Below, piece after piece: positions 24,144 to 35,952 of a stretch of DNA of 64,000 nucleotides. The first letter of the stretch is position 1. The number at the start of each line of letters is the position of its first letter. Source of the stretch: Selaginella moellendorffii (taxonomy: Eukaryota; Plantae; Lycopodiophyta). A model generated the notes under the pieces. That model was given only the letters and a program-made list of their open reading frames with translations, was not told where the DNA came from and ran no database searches. The translations under genes were made by a program, and so were the position numbers. Where the stretch lies: positions 62,001 to 126,000 of the forward strand of contig NW_003314323.1 in the NCBI RefSeq assembly GCF_000143415.4. Reading direction: 5' to 3'.

Positions 24144-26586
24144 TTATTGCCGTGGTGGCATATGCGTATCGTAACGCCTGGAGCCAAAAAACCATTTCTC
24201 TGCGCTGCGCTCCATCGTCCAACCAGCAAACCTACTGTCAGCGACACGATAGCGGCGAGAAGACCAAACCATTTGTCTTGAGCTCCATATCATCAAATAA
24301 CGTGTTGACGTTGTGGCCTTGGATTTGATAAAGACGGTGTCCACAATCTTTCACCTGCAAGGACGAAAGGGAAAAAAAAAAACAAGGAGAAACTGAGCCG
24401 CTCGTCCCTTTAAAGCTGACGAACGAGAAGAAATACTTGGATAAGTTCCAAACTGTGGACCGCCATTTTTCCTGTACAATTTTGTCATTTTCATCAGAAA
24501 CCATCGGTGTTTTTTCGCTGAAAAATCAAACTTTGTGGCACAGTAGCGTTGTTTTTACCATCCTGAAGTGTCTCACGAAGCTTGCTCTTCAAAAATCACA
24601 TCTCGAGTACACTCGAGTGCTTGTATAATTAGTCGCTTAGATTTAGTATACAAACACCAAGAAAAAATGAAGAATTATGTCAACCTGTCAAAGCTTGCGA
24701 GGCATCCTTCACAGCTTGAATTGTCGATTTAACCATCTGCTTCCTGCAGCGCTCAAAAATGCTATCGTACAAAACGTCAAAATGAACGCCGGCACGCTCG
24801 CGATCGATTATAAAAAAGATGTGGTCTGCTTCCAAAACTGTGTAGTACCTGTGAGAAGTCATCCAATTAAACATAGACAAGAAGAGAAACTTCACGGCCA
24901 GCTTACCAGATACCTCGTTTTAATGGTTGATCGTCCTGCAAAGAATCCAACAAAGAATTTGGATGGCTGAATGGAAACCTGGGATAAAGCTGTGATATCG
25001 TGTTCAAAGCCCCATCGTTGTCTTGCCAATCGGCATCTCTGGAAACAAACGCGTAAGAAAACGAAAACCAGAAAAAAAAAAAACTTTTCTACAAAAGCTT
25101 ATACCTGTATCCGGAAAATGGAAGCGAAAGATGGCCGGGATGACGCCACAAGCACATCTCTAAGGTTCGCAAAAGAAGCAAAGGATGGATCCCGCGTAAA
25201 CTCGACGGTATTGTTTTGCCACAGACTTTCATTGTCCTCTGCGTTGCATAACTGCAAAGAAACATCAGTATAAGGTACACAGAAACTACGAGCAAACCTT
25301 ATATAGTACGTATTGGGATGAGTCTTTAGCTTCCGGTTAATTCGTGCTGCCGCTTGAAGGCTCAAGTCTGGCAGTATCCAGTCTCCGGTAGCAAAAGGAC
25401 CAGAGTAACCAGCAATGGACGAAGCCAGACCGATCAATCCAGCTTTCTGCCACTGGAGATTGTAGTGATCAAAACCAAAACTATAGTAGTTCTTAAGGTA
25501 GCTTATGTCCAGCCACTCGTAGACGAGAGCACCCACACGCAATAGCTGCAAAAGGCAGAGAGGTTTTAAGGTGCAACCATCCTCTGGTCTGGTGTTACGG
25601 AGCAACACAAGCATTAGACGAGGATGGTTTGTGAGCAACGTTGTTCTTACTGGATTCCATCGATGTAAACTCGAGTTGTTCCATTGAGAGCACCGGACAA
25701 GGCTGTGATGCTAAGCACCCAGTCCGCGGATGCATTTTCGTAGCCAGGAAATTCCTGTAGAGCCGAGCAATATGACTTTTTCTAGAGGAAGGAAACGAAA
25801 GAAAAGCCGTCTACGCACCTTGTTTTCAAGCATTTCCTGCAAGACTCGTGCCACTTGAGCTCCGGAGGAATGGCCAACAAAATGCACTGGTCGATGTTCA
25901 TCCCACTCCGGAAAATGTCCTGCCAGAATTCCCTGCGATTTTTAGTTCTTCTTTTTGTTACAACTCGCAAGCTACCTTGCTCAAACGTCCTTCCAAATCG
26001 TGCGTGGCCATACTCGGAGCTATGACTAGCACCATAATCAACAGTTCCTCCTTTCAAAAAGTAGAACAGCTCACAAGCACTGCTCAAAAAGAATAAGAAA
26101 ACAAGAACTTAGAAAAACTGTGCCAAATTCGAGGAAAGGAAAGGCTGGAAAGAAGAAAACCGGTCGTGAATACTTGTCAAGGAGCCGAGATCCGGCACAA
26201 GAACTCGTCCATATTTCTTTTCAGCGCCAGCCCAATATGAAATTGTTCCCAGCTTCTATTCAACAATATCAAGCAAACATAAAAAAAAAAAAACAAACAC
26301 TCACCCCTTTCCCAAATCCAAAAATCCCGTGAAGCAAGACAACAGGCGTGACATCCGATCCATCACGGGTGTCGGTGGTGGCAATGCCCCCGTCGATTGA
26401 AGTTGCGACACTCGGATTCACGGCTTCGGATGCCACAGTAATTGCTGAGTCGATCGATCGGCCACTCAATAGATCTGCAAGGACTGCTGATCCAAATATC
26501 ACAAGCCCATAAGCTAGATGCACAGCAGAACTCACAAATAGCTCTGCAAAGAGCAAGAAATGCCACAAGAATTTCTCTCCAGCCAT
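24144..26586 (-). CDS. Alpha/beta-hydrolase lipase (bacterial lipase family I.5/I.6-like plant protein), multi-exon
   Basis: PVVLLHGIFGFG, VPDLGSLTSIHDR-ACELFYFLKGGTVDYG..HS..GHARFGRT, nucleophile GHSSG (GxSxG), EDNE..NDG..SM and DH near the C-terminus. Confidence 0.85.
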
Positions 26587-26837
26587 CGAAATCCAGAGGA
26601 AGCCAGAGATGGATTGATTGTGCTTGAAACCCTAACCATTCAATCATCCAACCCACAAATCCCCACAATGGAATGCCCGCTCAAAACTTGAACCTCTCGA
26701 GGATTTAACAGATTCTGTTAAATTGACGATCTCTCGGGAAACTATTTTAGGTTATAACGAGAACCTTTTTTATCCTTTTTCTAGCTTATATAGCTGGAGC
26801 TCTAAGAGGTTGTTTTAGGGTATAGAAGATTGGAGCT

Positions 26838-27566
26838 ATGGCAGCCAAGGTTTTAGACGCTGGGGAGTTCCCAGTGTTGAGCACGATGAGCAATGCTGCT
26901 GTGACAAGGCAGCAAAGCATTTGGGAGAAGATCTCCTCTGAGGTAAAGGCACAGCCCACGATTGTCAAGTCCAACCATCTAGATGTTGGATCCAAGGTTT
27001 TGGGATCAAAGGTTTTGGAATCGAAGGTCACTGGGACGTCTGGCCATGCTCCAAGATCAAGCTATAGGAAGGCCAAGGTGGTGGAAGATGACGATGAATT
27101 AGAGAGGTCTCTCCGAGCTATCAAACGAGATATCGAGTTGGCTCTCCATGACGAGGATGGTTTCCAAAAGCCCGTGAGGAAAGCTAGCAAGGAATTTCAA
27201 AACTCAGGGAGTGATAGGTCCAAGGGAAAGGGTGTCCAGATTGCGGTGAATAGCTGGGAAGTCTTGGATTTGGAACCTGAAAAGGCTCTTGAACAAGATG
27301 GTGGAAAAGCGAAGAAGAACAAGAACAAGAATCGGCGAAGAAACAAGAAAAAACAAGATGAAACTTCGATTTCGGGTGATTCTTTGGCCATGGAAAATGA
27401 GGCTGAAGCTTTGATTCCAGCTGAGTTTCCCGAGAGAAATCACAATGAATCAGCTGATCCAACTCCTGTGTTGGAGGTGAAAGAAGCAGAAACTCCAGCT
27501 CCAGCTCTTGGGATTATTTCGAAGATTGTAAGATTCATTATCTTTTTCTTGTCACTACACAAGTAA
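26838..27566 (+). CDS. Protein of unknown function (242 aa, charged, basic NLS-like tract, hydrophobic C-terminal tail)
   Basis: ATG in good context (agctATGg), 242-codon ORF with protein-like composition, KKNKNKNRRRNKKK tract. Divergent from the lipase gene. Confidence 0.6.
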   Translation: MAAKVLDAGEFPVLSTMSNAAVTRQQSIWEKISSEVKAQPTIVKSNHLDVGSKVLGSKVLESKVTGTSGHAPRSSYRKAKVVEDDDELERSLRAIKRDIELALHDEDGFQKPVRKASKEFQNSGSDRSKGKGVQIAVNSWEVLDLEPEKALEQDGGKAKKNKNKNRRRNKKKQDETSISGDSLAMENEAEALIPAEFPERNHNESADPTPVLEVKEAETPAPALGIISKIVRFIIFFLSLHK

Positions 27567-27597
27567 ATCATAATTCCAAGTTTTCTTTCCTAAGGTT

Positions 27598-29463
27598 TTA
27601 AGTATCATTGCATCTCTGAAGTATTTCTGATAATGGCTTCCTGCAATTAAACTCAAACATTAGGTCGATTAGACCTTTGTGCAAATCTATGCTGGCATTT
27701 CTATATCTTTCAGTCTCTTTCTCCAAAGTTCCAGGCCTCTTCCCTTCGATGTATCTCTCAAGACAAATCTCATGAAAAGGCATCCATTTCTTAGTCACAG
27801 GCAAGAACAAAGGTGGCAGCACTTGGCACGAATGCCGGAATGGAATCCCCACGATCTCGTCGGGGAGAGGCTTGATCCTCCTGGCATACTCGAAAACTCC
27901 CTTCTTTCCCTTGATCTTCCAGCTGAGATCATCGCCGCCAAGCTTGTAGACGGGCGCTCTCCTCTGGAGCCGGTGCTTGGAAGCGTACATGATCGCCAGG
28001 GACGATCGCAGGACAAACGCCAGGAACACCGTGATCTTCTTGCGGTTGATCGCCAGGCGATAGAAGCCGGCCAGGAGATGGAGGAGATCCGAGACCTGGA
28101 GGTTGGCGTCCTCCTGGCGCGCCTTGAGCAGCCGCAAGCACGGATGGATCTTCATCCTCTGCCCGGCCGGGAGCTCCAGGATCTTCAATCGCGCCAGGCT
28201 CTCCACGCAATGCTTCATGCTGGCCACCAGCCGGATCTTCTGCTTGCTCACCTCCCGCGAGTTCTCTCGGCTCCGAGGAATTCGATGCTCGAGGGCCGCG
28301 TCGGCGCTGGCCTGGATCGTGTGAGCCAGGAATGGAACCTTTTGCGAGAGGTGGAAGATCTCCGGGAAGAGCTCGAGCTTGAGCTTGTCGCGGCAAAACT
28401 CGCGGAGCTTGGCTTCCATCGCGACGATCTCCTCGTCGGCGCCTTTGATCCCCAGGAGAAAATGCCCGGCGTAGCGAACGTACTCCATCGCCTGGCCCTG
28501 CCCCTGCGCGGCGTCGAATTCCTCGATCTCGCGCTCCACGAATCGATCGAGCTCGTCCAGGACGATGTTGAGCAGCAGCGGGCTCAAGATCTTGCAGCTC
28601 CCCCAGTGTGGCGAGTTCTTCCCCTCGATCGGTCCCATGGCGAGGAAGCACTTGAGCCAGAATGGTCGATCCTTCTCCCTCGTCAGGCGATGGATCTCTT
28701 GCTCCATCACTCGCCACTTCTTCTTCTTGGAGAGGAAGTACTCCTCCGGGACGATGGTGTCTCTCGTCTCCACCGAGAGGCCATCCCTGACGAGCTTGAC
28801 GATCAACTCGTCCTGGACGACGCGAGAGAAGATCTCCATCGCCACCTCCAGCTCCAGGCTCTCGAGGATCGACGTCTTGGCGGTGATGAACCACGTACAC
28901 TCTTGGAAGCTGCCAGTGATGTACTTGAGCGCTGTCATCGCTGTTCTTCCGGGCCGAAACGCGAAGGATCGATGCGAGAACCGCGCCTCAAACACGGGCT
29001 CCAAGATCATGAGAAGAACTTCCTGGACTACGCGATCCTGGAGCTCGGGAAGCTTGGTCGGGGAGAGGAACGCTGGAGTGAGATAGAGCGTGCCGGTGCC
29101 GCCCCAATCGTATCGCTGCGAGAGCACCGCTTCGCGCAGTGGATCCAGCTGCGCGGCCAGCTTGGGATGGAGGGGGCGATTCTTGGGGACGAAGAAATCC
29201 AGCGCCCGGCACGATCGCCAGTAGGCCATCTCCCACAAGACCTTGCTCTCCATGGCGCTGGACGCGTTCTTGAGGATCGAGTGCCTGTCCTGGAAGCCCT
29301 GGATCCAGTGCTCACCGCATAGCCGTGCGCAATCGCTCGCCCATCCGCCATCTTTGCCCTGAGAATGATCGATCCAGCGATGGCGGGATTGACGCGCATA
29401 CCTGCGGCACTGGAATGGAGGTGCGAAAGCTCGATTCGTCGGCCGCATTCCGGGGTCTGGCAT
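27598..29463 (-). CDS. nMAT: Nuclear-encoded group II intron maturase, type I (nMAT1/nMAT2-like; RT + domain X, no endonuclease)
   Basis: QDRVVQEVLLMILEPVFEARFSHRSFAFRPGR, WGSCKILSPLLLNIVLDELD, YVRYAGHFLLGI (degenerate YADD), domain X VLRSSLAIMYASKHRL..VYK. Intronless. Confidence 0.9.
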   Translation of the reverse strand: MPDPGMRPTNRAFAPPFQCRRYARQSRHRWIDHSQGKDGGWASDCARLCGEHWIQGFQDRHSILKNASSAMESKVLWEMAYWRSCRALDFFVPKNRPLHPKLAAQLDPLREAVLSQRYDWGGTGTLYLTPAFLSPTKLPELQDRVVQEVLLMILEPVFEARFSHRSFAFRPGRTAMTALKYITGSFQECTWFITAKTSILESLELEVAMEIFSRVVQDELIVKLVRDGLSVETRDTIVPEEYFLSKKKKWRVMEQEIHRLTREKDRPFWLKCFLAMGPIEGKNSPHWGSCKILSPLLLNIVLDELDRFVEREIEEFDAAQGQGQAMEYVRYAGHFLLGIKGADEEIVAMEAKLREFCRDKLKLELFPEIFHLSQKVPFLAHTIQASADAALEHRIPRSRENSREVSKQKIRLVASMKHCVESLARLKILELPAGQRMKIHPCLRLLKARQEDANLQVSDLLHLLAGFYRLAINRKKITVFLAFVLRSSLAIMYASKHRLQRRAPVYKLGGDDLSWKIKGKKGVFEYARRIKPLPDEIVGIPFRHSCQVLPPLFLPVTKKWMPFHEICLERYIEGKRPGTLEKETERYRNASIDLHKGLIDLMFEFNCRKPLSEILQRCNDT

Positions 29464-29543
29464 GGAAATGCTTAAACCCTAGAAACATTTAGAAAGACGA
29501 AAATATATCACATAGTAAGAGTCTGCAGAAGCTTGCATAGCTT

Positions 29544-29625
29544 GTCGCTTTGGCCGAGTGGTTAAGGCGTGTGCCTGCTAAGTACATGGGGTTTCCCCGC
29601 GAGAGTTCGAATCTCTCAGGCGACG
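29544..29625 (+). tRNA. trnS-GCT: tRNA-Ser(GCT)
   Basis: GTCGCTT/AGGCGAC acceptor stem, D arm TGGCCGAGTGGTTAAGGC, anticodon arm TGTGC-CTGCTAA-GTACA, long variable arm GGGG-TTT-CCCC, T arm GAGAG-TTCGAAT-CTCTC, oligo-T terminator downstream. Confidence 0.96.
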
Positions 29626-30135
29626 AGTTCTTTTATTCTTTTTTGCTTTGCTTAAGCAAACAGAATATGCTTGGAATTCTTTTTTGAAGATTATGCTTGG
29701 ATATTCTAAAATAAACAGTTGTTACTTATTTAAATTAATTTTGTATTTATGATTTATAAACATGTTATAAACTTTTTTAGTATATTTTTTTTATTCTACC
29801 AATGCAATAAAATTAAACAAACATGCTTATATTTTATCAATTAGAATAACACTGCTCTTAAGCAAACCAAACGTAATTTTTTTTCTTTTTTATGTACTAT
29901 TTTCTATTGCTAAACACGATGCATGCAAAGCTCAATAATATTCGAGAGATTTTTGCCTCAAAAAATGAATAATAATCAAGATTTACAAAATTGGCAGGCT
30001 TTCTTAGCAGAAAATCGCTTCCCTGGAACAAAAACACTGCGTGTAAGTTACCACCATAGAACGATTTTCGTCATACCTTCGCGGATAAGTTTACATTCGC
30101 TCCTTGCAGCAAATTCTTCCAGGAGGGATTTCGTC

Positions 30136-31140
30136 CTATCGTACTTTTACAGTGGCAGCAGCCGCTGCAGTAGCGGAAGGAACAGCGGCCACAGCATCCG
30201 GATTTGGAGAGCTCTTGTGCTGCGAAAAAAAAGAGAGAAGAATCAATCGATACGCTGAGCAAAGAACTAAGGATTTCTCCGTGAATACCTTCTTCTTTTT
30301 GTGCTTGTGACCATCGCCTTCCTCCTCTTCACCCTCATGCCGTCGCTTCTAAGATCATCCACTTTGTAGTTACATACCACGAAGAAGAGAAGAGCTAGCC
30401 GAGAGTTACCTTCTTCTTATGCTTCCTTTTTTCTTCGCCATTCTCTCCCTTTGCATCTTTGTCCCTGTGCTTCTCCTTACGCTTCTCCTTGTCCTTCTCT
30501 TTGTCTTTGTCCTTGTGCTTGTGTTTATCCTTGTGCTTGTGTTTCTTGTGCTTCCTTCTCTCCTCATCTTTCGTCTTTCCAATCGTTGGTTGCCCTCGAT
30601 CGGCCTGGCCGAGCCACACATTCAGCCAAGAACACAAAGAAAGAACTCTAAAGCTTACTTCTGGCAGAGAAATTGGCCCACTTTCTCGAAACGTGAAACA
30701 TCGTCTCAGCGTCTCCAGATCAAAAGGACGGATGTCCACCGGGAAAGCGTCGCTGGGCGATGGTCTGAGCAATTGCCCAAGCTCCATCCCATCGCCTTTG
30801 CGAATCTCCATGTCTCCGACCACGTCCCGGAGGTACTTGGACTCGGCAATTGACGCTGGGAAGGATTTCTTCGTGTATGTCTCGTAGTGCTCGCGGAGGC
30901 CATAGTGCGTGATCAAATCCACAGCACCGGTGAGCTCTCGCGGTCCTACAGTAGAGCAAAAGAGCGTAAGCAAAGGATCGCGCTCACGCTCTCGTACAAA
31001 AACCCTAGAGAAGGAGAGAGGAAGAATCACTGACTTGGTCCGGGTTTGAGAAGCTTGAATGCTCCACCGCCTTCATTGCTACTGCTCACTGCTCCAGCGG
31101 CGATCCCAGCAGCTCCAGCGCCTCCGGAAGCCATCGCCAT
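30136..31140 (-). CDS. MED19: Mediator complex subunit 19
   Basis: GPRELTGAVDLITHYGL..YLRDVVGDMEIRKGDGMELGQL..FDLETL and a Lys/His/Asp-rich C-terminus. Five exons. Confidence 0.9.
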
Positions 31141-31197
31141 ATCTCCGACTAGTGTTAGCCCTAGAATAAGGGGAAATTTCTAGGGTTTATCGAGGAG

Positions 31198-32652
31198 ATG
31201 CCCAAGAGAAGAAGGCGATCGAACGTTTCCTCGATTGCGCAGGCTGGGGAGGTTGATCGATCGCGCGCTTTGCTCTCACTCCCTGGATTGATCGATTGCA
31301 GGAGGTAAAGGAGCAGCATTGTGAGGAAGTAGAGCGAGTGCTTGAAACCGCTGGCGCCGCCCCTGTGGATGCCGGCGAAAATGTGACGCCATCGCGAAAA
31401 GAAGCCTCTTCCAGCAAGAGATCTGCCAAAGCAATTTCTGATGTCCGTGTGGTCGATGAGCAAGTAAGCCGGGATATTTCCTCCTGCATTCTCGATCTAA
31501 TCTCCTCTTTTCTTCTTTTCTTTCCAGGAATTGCGAGCGGCTTTGGCACAGCTCGTTCCAAAGCACCAGGTGGAGCAAGCACGCCTTCTCGACTCCTATA
31601 AAGAATCTTATCCACACTGGTTCTTTCAGCTGAAGTTGCTAGTTATGTTTCTGGATGAGATTCTTCTCTAACTCTTTCGTTTTCCTAGATGCGGTTTTGG
31701 ACTTTTGATGTATGGATTTGGATCCAAGAGGCAGCTTCTTGAGGATTTTGGATCCACAGCATTGACTGATGGTGCTGCTGTTGTGGTAAATGGCTTTCTT
31801 CCAACGATCAACTTCAAACAGGTAGCTTCTTTCTAGAGCTTATCAAGACTTTTGCAGCAAATCTTTGCCAGGTTTTGCGTACTTTGAAGCAAAGTTTGTA
31901 TGGAAGCTCGGGCACGACGAGTGCCACAAGCGTGGAAGACATGGTGGCCTTACTCTCTGGCTATCAGGGTGACTCGATCGTTTATATCATCGTTCACAGC
32001 ATCGATGGTCCTGGTCTGAGAGATGGCGCTACGCAGCAGCAGCTTGCCAAGCTAGCTTCGTGCTCGCATTTCCGGATAGTTTCTTCCATCGACAGCATCA
32101 ATGGTCCATTATGTAAGTGAATCTTTTCCTCGTTTTGGTTTTCATGCAACGTTGTGTTTGTTCTTTGTCCAGTGTGGGATAAACGCATGGCGAACACGCA
32201 GTTCAATTGGTGGTGGCATCACACCCCGACTTACGCTGCTTACGATGCCGAGGCCTCTCACGTTCCGCTACTGCTTTCTTCCATGGGGACCAGCAAGAGC
32301 GTCCGCAGTGCACTGCTTGTTTTACAAAGCTTGACAACGAATGCTCAGAGCGTCTTCAAGGTTCTAGCCGACCACCAGCTCGCAAACCCGGAGGACGAAG
32401 GTGGGCTCTTTTTCTAGTATTCTCGTCCTGATGGCGTTTAGGAAACCAGGAATGTCGCAGTACCAGCTCTACAACAAATGCAGGGAGCGTTTCCTGGTGA
32501 GCAGCGAGCTGACACTCCGAGCTCACCTCACGGAGTTCCGAGACCACCAGCTCGTTCGCTGTAAGAAAGGCTCAAACGGACAGGAGTGCTTGCAGATCAC
32601 TCTATCAAACGATGCTCTAGCGAAGATGCTGGAAAATCTGTGTCCGAGCTAG
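31198..32652 (+). CDS. ORC2: Origin recognition complex subunit 2
   Basis: [95 protein letters not shown]. Start ATG 31198 inferred. Confidence 0.92.
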
Positions 32653-33202
32653 CACAGCCAGCAAAAAGCATCGATCCAGCTTCATCATTCCCGGGAATCC
32701 GGTAAGTCATCTCCTTTAGAGCGCTCCTTTGTGATTTTTCTTCTCAACAGGGAAAGACCACTGCCACGGGACGCCGTTGGATACGGCATCTATCCAACGG
32801 CCCACGACTGTTCTCATTTTTTTTAACGAACTGTGGGAAGAGGCGCGCATGCTGGTCCTCGAAGAAACGGCGCAACCGCTAGCTAGCTGCTGCCAAAAGC
32901 AAAAGAAAAAGAGAAAAAAAAAGAGTCCTGCGAAACCAGCAGCAGCCTACACTGGAAGATCCAGCTCGCCGAATCGAAGCTCCAGCTTTGAGCTCAGGAG
33001 AAATCGAGGTGAGTGGAAAGTCTCCTTCTCGAGCTTGCATTCGCCGGTACGCTGAGGAACTCACTCACTCACTCTACTCTCTTGCTTGTAGCTGCCGGGA
33101 GCTGAGCTCAATTCCCGGAGAGCTCATCGCGCTTGCCCTAGGGAGCTCCGGGATTTGTTTCAGCTGAATTCGGTTGAGAAACGAAGGGAGCTGGACAAGT
33201 CG

Positions 33203-35809
33203 ATGATGGATTTCCTAAGCTTGGTGGAGGCCCCCCGGAGCCAGGCAGCTAGCATCAACGTTAGCAGCGATACCACCACCAACGAGAAGAACACGGATAT
33301 GGAGGTGGAGATGGTCGTGGAGGAGGAAGAGGAGGAGGATAAGAGCAAGCTGGGAGCTCAGGTCAATGGCCAGTTTAGCGAGCTCGTCGATATAGACTTG
33401 CATTGCGACGAGGACCTCGGGCGTGATTGGTCACCTCCAAGGAACCGTCCTCCTCCGGCTCCTGTTCTTCCTCAGCTTCTTCAAGCCAAGCCGGCTCGAT
33501 CAGTTGAGGACGACAGTAGCATCCAAGTGAAGGTGATCGAGGAAGTTGTGATCACGAGCAGCAGCACCGTGAAGTCGTCCGGAGAAGAAGGTGGAGGCGA
33601 CAAAGATTGTCTTGTGGTGACGAAAGCGAGCTCGGACGAAGAGGTGAATGTCAACAGCAGTAGCAACACGGGCGTGCAAGAAGTTGTCGTGAACTCTTCA
33701 CAGGTCGCGGTAGTGGAAGATCACAGCAGCAGCAAGGAGCTGCAAAAGAAGGAGCATTCACTCTACGCTCTACGGAGGAACCCGAAGCGCAGCCGGAGAT
33801 TCATAGACCAGGAGTATGCTCTCGACATCCTTCCAACTTCTGGGAGCTCGTCATTTCATCCAATCTCGTCGCCAGTAACTCCTGGCGGCTGCGGAGCAGG
33901 AGCAGTGGCGACTCCAAAGAAGAACTCCAGCGCCGCTACCGTCAACAACGCAAACTCCAACTCTTCCATCTTTGCGGACAAAGCAAGAGCTTGTACCGAG
34001 TGTGGCAAGGAGTTCTCGTCGTGGAAGGCGCTGTTTGGACACATGAGGTGCCATCCAGAGCGAGAATGGCGGGGAATCCAGCGGCCTGACAATCTCTCCG
34101 ACTACAAACTATCCAAGTCAGGAAGCGTTCGCAGAAATTCCAGCAAGAAGTCGAGGCAAGCACCGCCGCCAGCAGCAGCACCGTCGTCCTTCCTGCTCGA
34201 CGATGATCCAGACGACGAGCTCGAAGCTCTCTATATCAAAGTCGTGCCTTCGGATAACGAGAGTGATACGGAGAGCATCGAGGCGGCATATATCAATGGA
34301 AGCTGCAACAGCTCCGGAGGCTTTAGCAGCAAAGGGAAGATCATCACTGGGAAACGGTCCAAAAGACCGAGGCAGCCGCCAGCGGAGATCAAAGAGGAGC
34401 GAGACATGGCAAGGTGCTTGGTGATGCTCGCCTGCGCAGGACGAAAGTCGAACAGTAGCTTGGGATTTGAGGACGAAGATGAGGACGGAGAAGAAGAAGG
34501 AGCCGTGGAAGGTGGTCGACAAGAACATCAGGCAGAACAACGAGAAGAACACGAGGAAGACGATGGCGAAGAAGGCGCGGAGGAAGAAGACGATGAGGAA
34601 GAAGAAGAAGAGCTCGAGGACGAAGGAACTTCCACGACTAATAACAACGTAGTCGCGGACTCCACTGCCACGAACAACGCAGTAACTTCAACACCGGACA
34701 ACGCAATGGTGGTGCATGAGAGGAGCATCGTGAGGAACTGCAGCGCGGTGAACTTTGGATCGTCCAACGAGATGATTGAAGATTTGGAGGACCTGGAAGA
34801 GGTCGGGATCGACGAGTCCAGCTTGGTGTGCTCTGCTGCGGAGCTCCTGGACCACGACTTTGATGGGATCAGGATGAAATACGAGTGCTCGACGTGCAAG
34901 AGGATCTTCAAGTCGCACCAGGCACTTGGGGGACACCGAGCGAGCCACAAGAAAGTTAAAGGATGCTTTGCAAAGACGAGCTTGAGCGGTGGCAGTGATG
35001 GAATCATCCAGCCGCAGCAACAGCAGCAGCTTCCATTCCAGCAGCAGCAGCAAGTGATCCTCCATCACCAAATTCATCAAGCTCATCAACTCCAAGCTCA
35101 CCACCAAGCTTCCCAGCAGCAGGAAAGTGCCGAGGAGGACATCACCGACGAGGAGTTCTTGAGGTCCGAGGAGCAACTTTTGCCGCTAGACTTCCACCAC
35201 CATCACCACCATCACCACCACCACCACCACAACCACAGCCACAGCCACATCCACCATCTCCCGCTGGCGAGCAGCTTTCGATTGAAGGACGAGTTTAGCT
35301 ACAGCAGCAGGAAGATGAGCATCAAAGGCCACGAGTGCTCGATCTGCCACCGGGTTTTTACGTCGGGCCAAGCTCTCGGGGGACACAAGAGATGCCACTG
35401 GGGTGGGAGTGATCGTCCACTGTCGTCGGAGCCACCATCGCAGCAAGTAGTAGCGGTAACTTCTTCGATTGTGGCGACGACGATCGGAGCTCCAGCATCG
35501 AGTTTATTGCCAGCTCCAGCTCTAGTAGCAGCGGTTGTAAATCCAGTTCCAACTCTTCCAGCAGCGGCAGTGGCCCCTACTCCAGCAACAACAGCAACAG
35601 CTTTAGTTCCGGCTCCTCCAGTTCCAGCGGTGATTCCAGCGATGATCCCAGCAGCAGCGACGGTTGGCCGAGAAGAATTCGCAGCTGCGAGGGAGGAGTT
35701 TTTGGATCTGAATTTGCCGGCGCTGGTGGAAGAGGAAGAAGAGTGTGAGGACGAAGACGATGGCGAAGACGAGCTAGAAGATACTAGCTTTGTCAGTGTT
35801 CCAAGATGA
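33203..35809 (+). CDS. DAZ1: Three-finger C2H2 zinc-finger EAR repressor, DAZ1/DAZ2 (ZAT2/3)-like
   Basis: Finger 1 [33 protein letters not shown] motif, two QALGGH fingers (HKKVKGCFA; GGHKRCH), C-terminal LDLNL EAR motif. Poly-E, poly-Q and poly-H tracts. Confidence 0.85.
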   Translation: MMDFLSLVEAPRSQAASINVSSDTTTNEKNTDMEVEMVVEEEEEEDKSKLGAQVNGQFSELVDIDLHCDEDLGRDWSPPRNRPPPAPVLPQLLQAKPARSVEDDSSIQVKVIEEVVITSSSTVKSSGEEGGGDKDCLVVTKASSDEEVNVNSSSNTGVQEVVVNSSQVAVVEDHSSSKELQKKEHSLYALRRNPKRSRRFIDQEYALDILPTSGSSSFHPISSPVTPGGCGAGAVATPKKNSSAATVNNANSNSSIFADKARACTECGKEFSSWKALFGHMRCHPEREWRGIQRPDNLSDYKLSKSGSVRRNSSKKSRQAPPPAAAPSSFLLDDDPDDELEALYIKVVPSDNESDTESIEAAYINGSCNSSGGFSSKGKIITGKRSKRPRQPPAEIKEERDMARCLVMLACAGRKSNSSLGFEDEDEDGEEEGAVEGGRQEHQAEQREEHEEDDGEEGAEEEDDEEEEEELEDEGTSTTNNNVVADSTATNNAVTSTPDNAMVVHERSIVRNCSAVNFGSSNEMIEDLEDLEEVGIDESSLVCSAAELLDHDFDGIRMKYECSTCKRIFKSHQALGGHRASHKKVKGCFAKTSLSGGSDGIIQPQQQQQLPFQQQQQVILHHQIHQAHQLQAHHQASQQQESAEEDITDEEFLRSEEQLLPLDFHHHHHHHHHHHHNHSHSHIHHLPLASSFRLKDEFSYSSRKMSIKGHECSICHRVFTSGQALGGHKRCHWGGSDRPLSSEPPSQQVVAVTSSIVATTIGAPASSLLPAPALVAAVVNPVPTLPAAAVAPTPATTATALVPAPPVPAVIPAMIPAAATVGREEFAAAREEFLDLNLPALVEEEEECEDEDDGEDELEDTSFVSVPR

Positions 35810-35952
35810 GATAGTTAAAGATATAATCCTCCTTGGATAAAATCGCTTATTTGGTTTAGGGCTTTAGTATCTAGGCGCGCATTTCTAGCGTCTTCGCGAT
35901 CGGCAATCCAGGGTTCTTGCGATCAGAGCGGCGGCAGCAGCAGCGATTGGCA

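Noticed and set aside
24144-26586. Recent horizontal transfer of a bacterial-type lipase
   Set aside because: The gene has many spliceosomal introns and belongs to a family already known in land plants.
27679-29322. 547-aa antisense ORF over the maturase
   Set aside because: Same shadow effect in GC-rich coding DNA; the minus strand carries the clear maturase motifs.
27598-29463. Possible mobile group II intron or bacterial retroelement
   Set aside because: No flanking ribozyme domains (no domain V seen), the catalytic YADD is lost, and motifs match host nuclear maturases.
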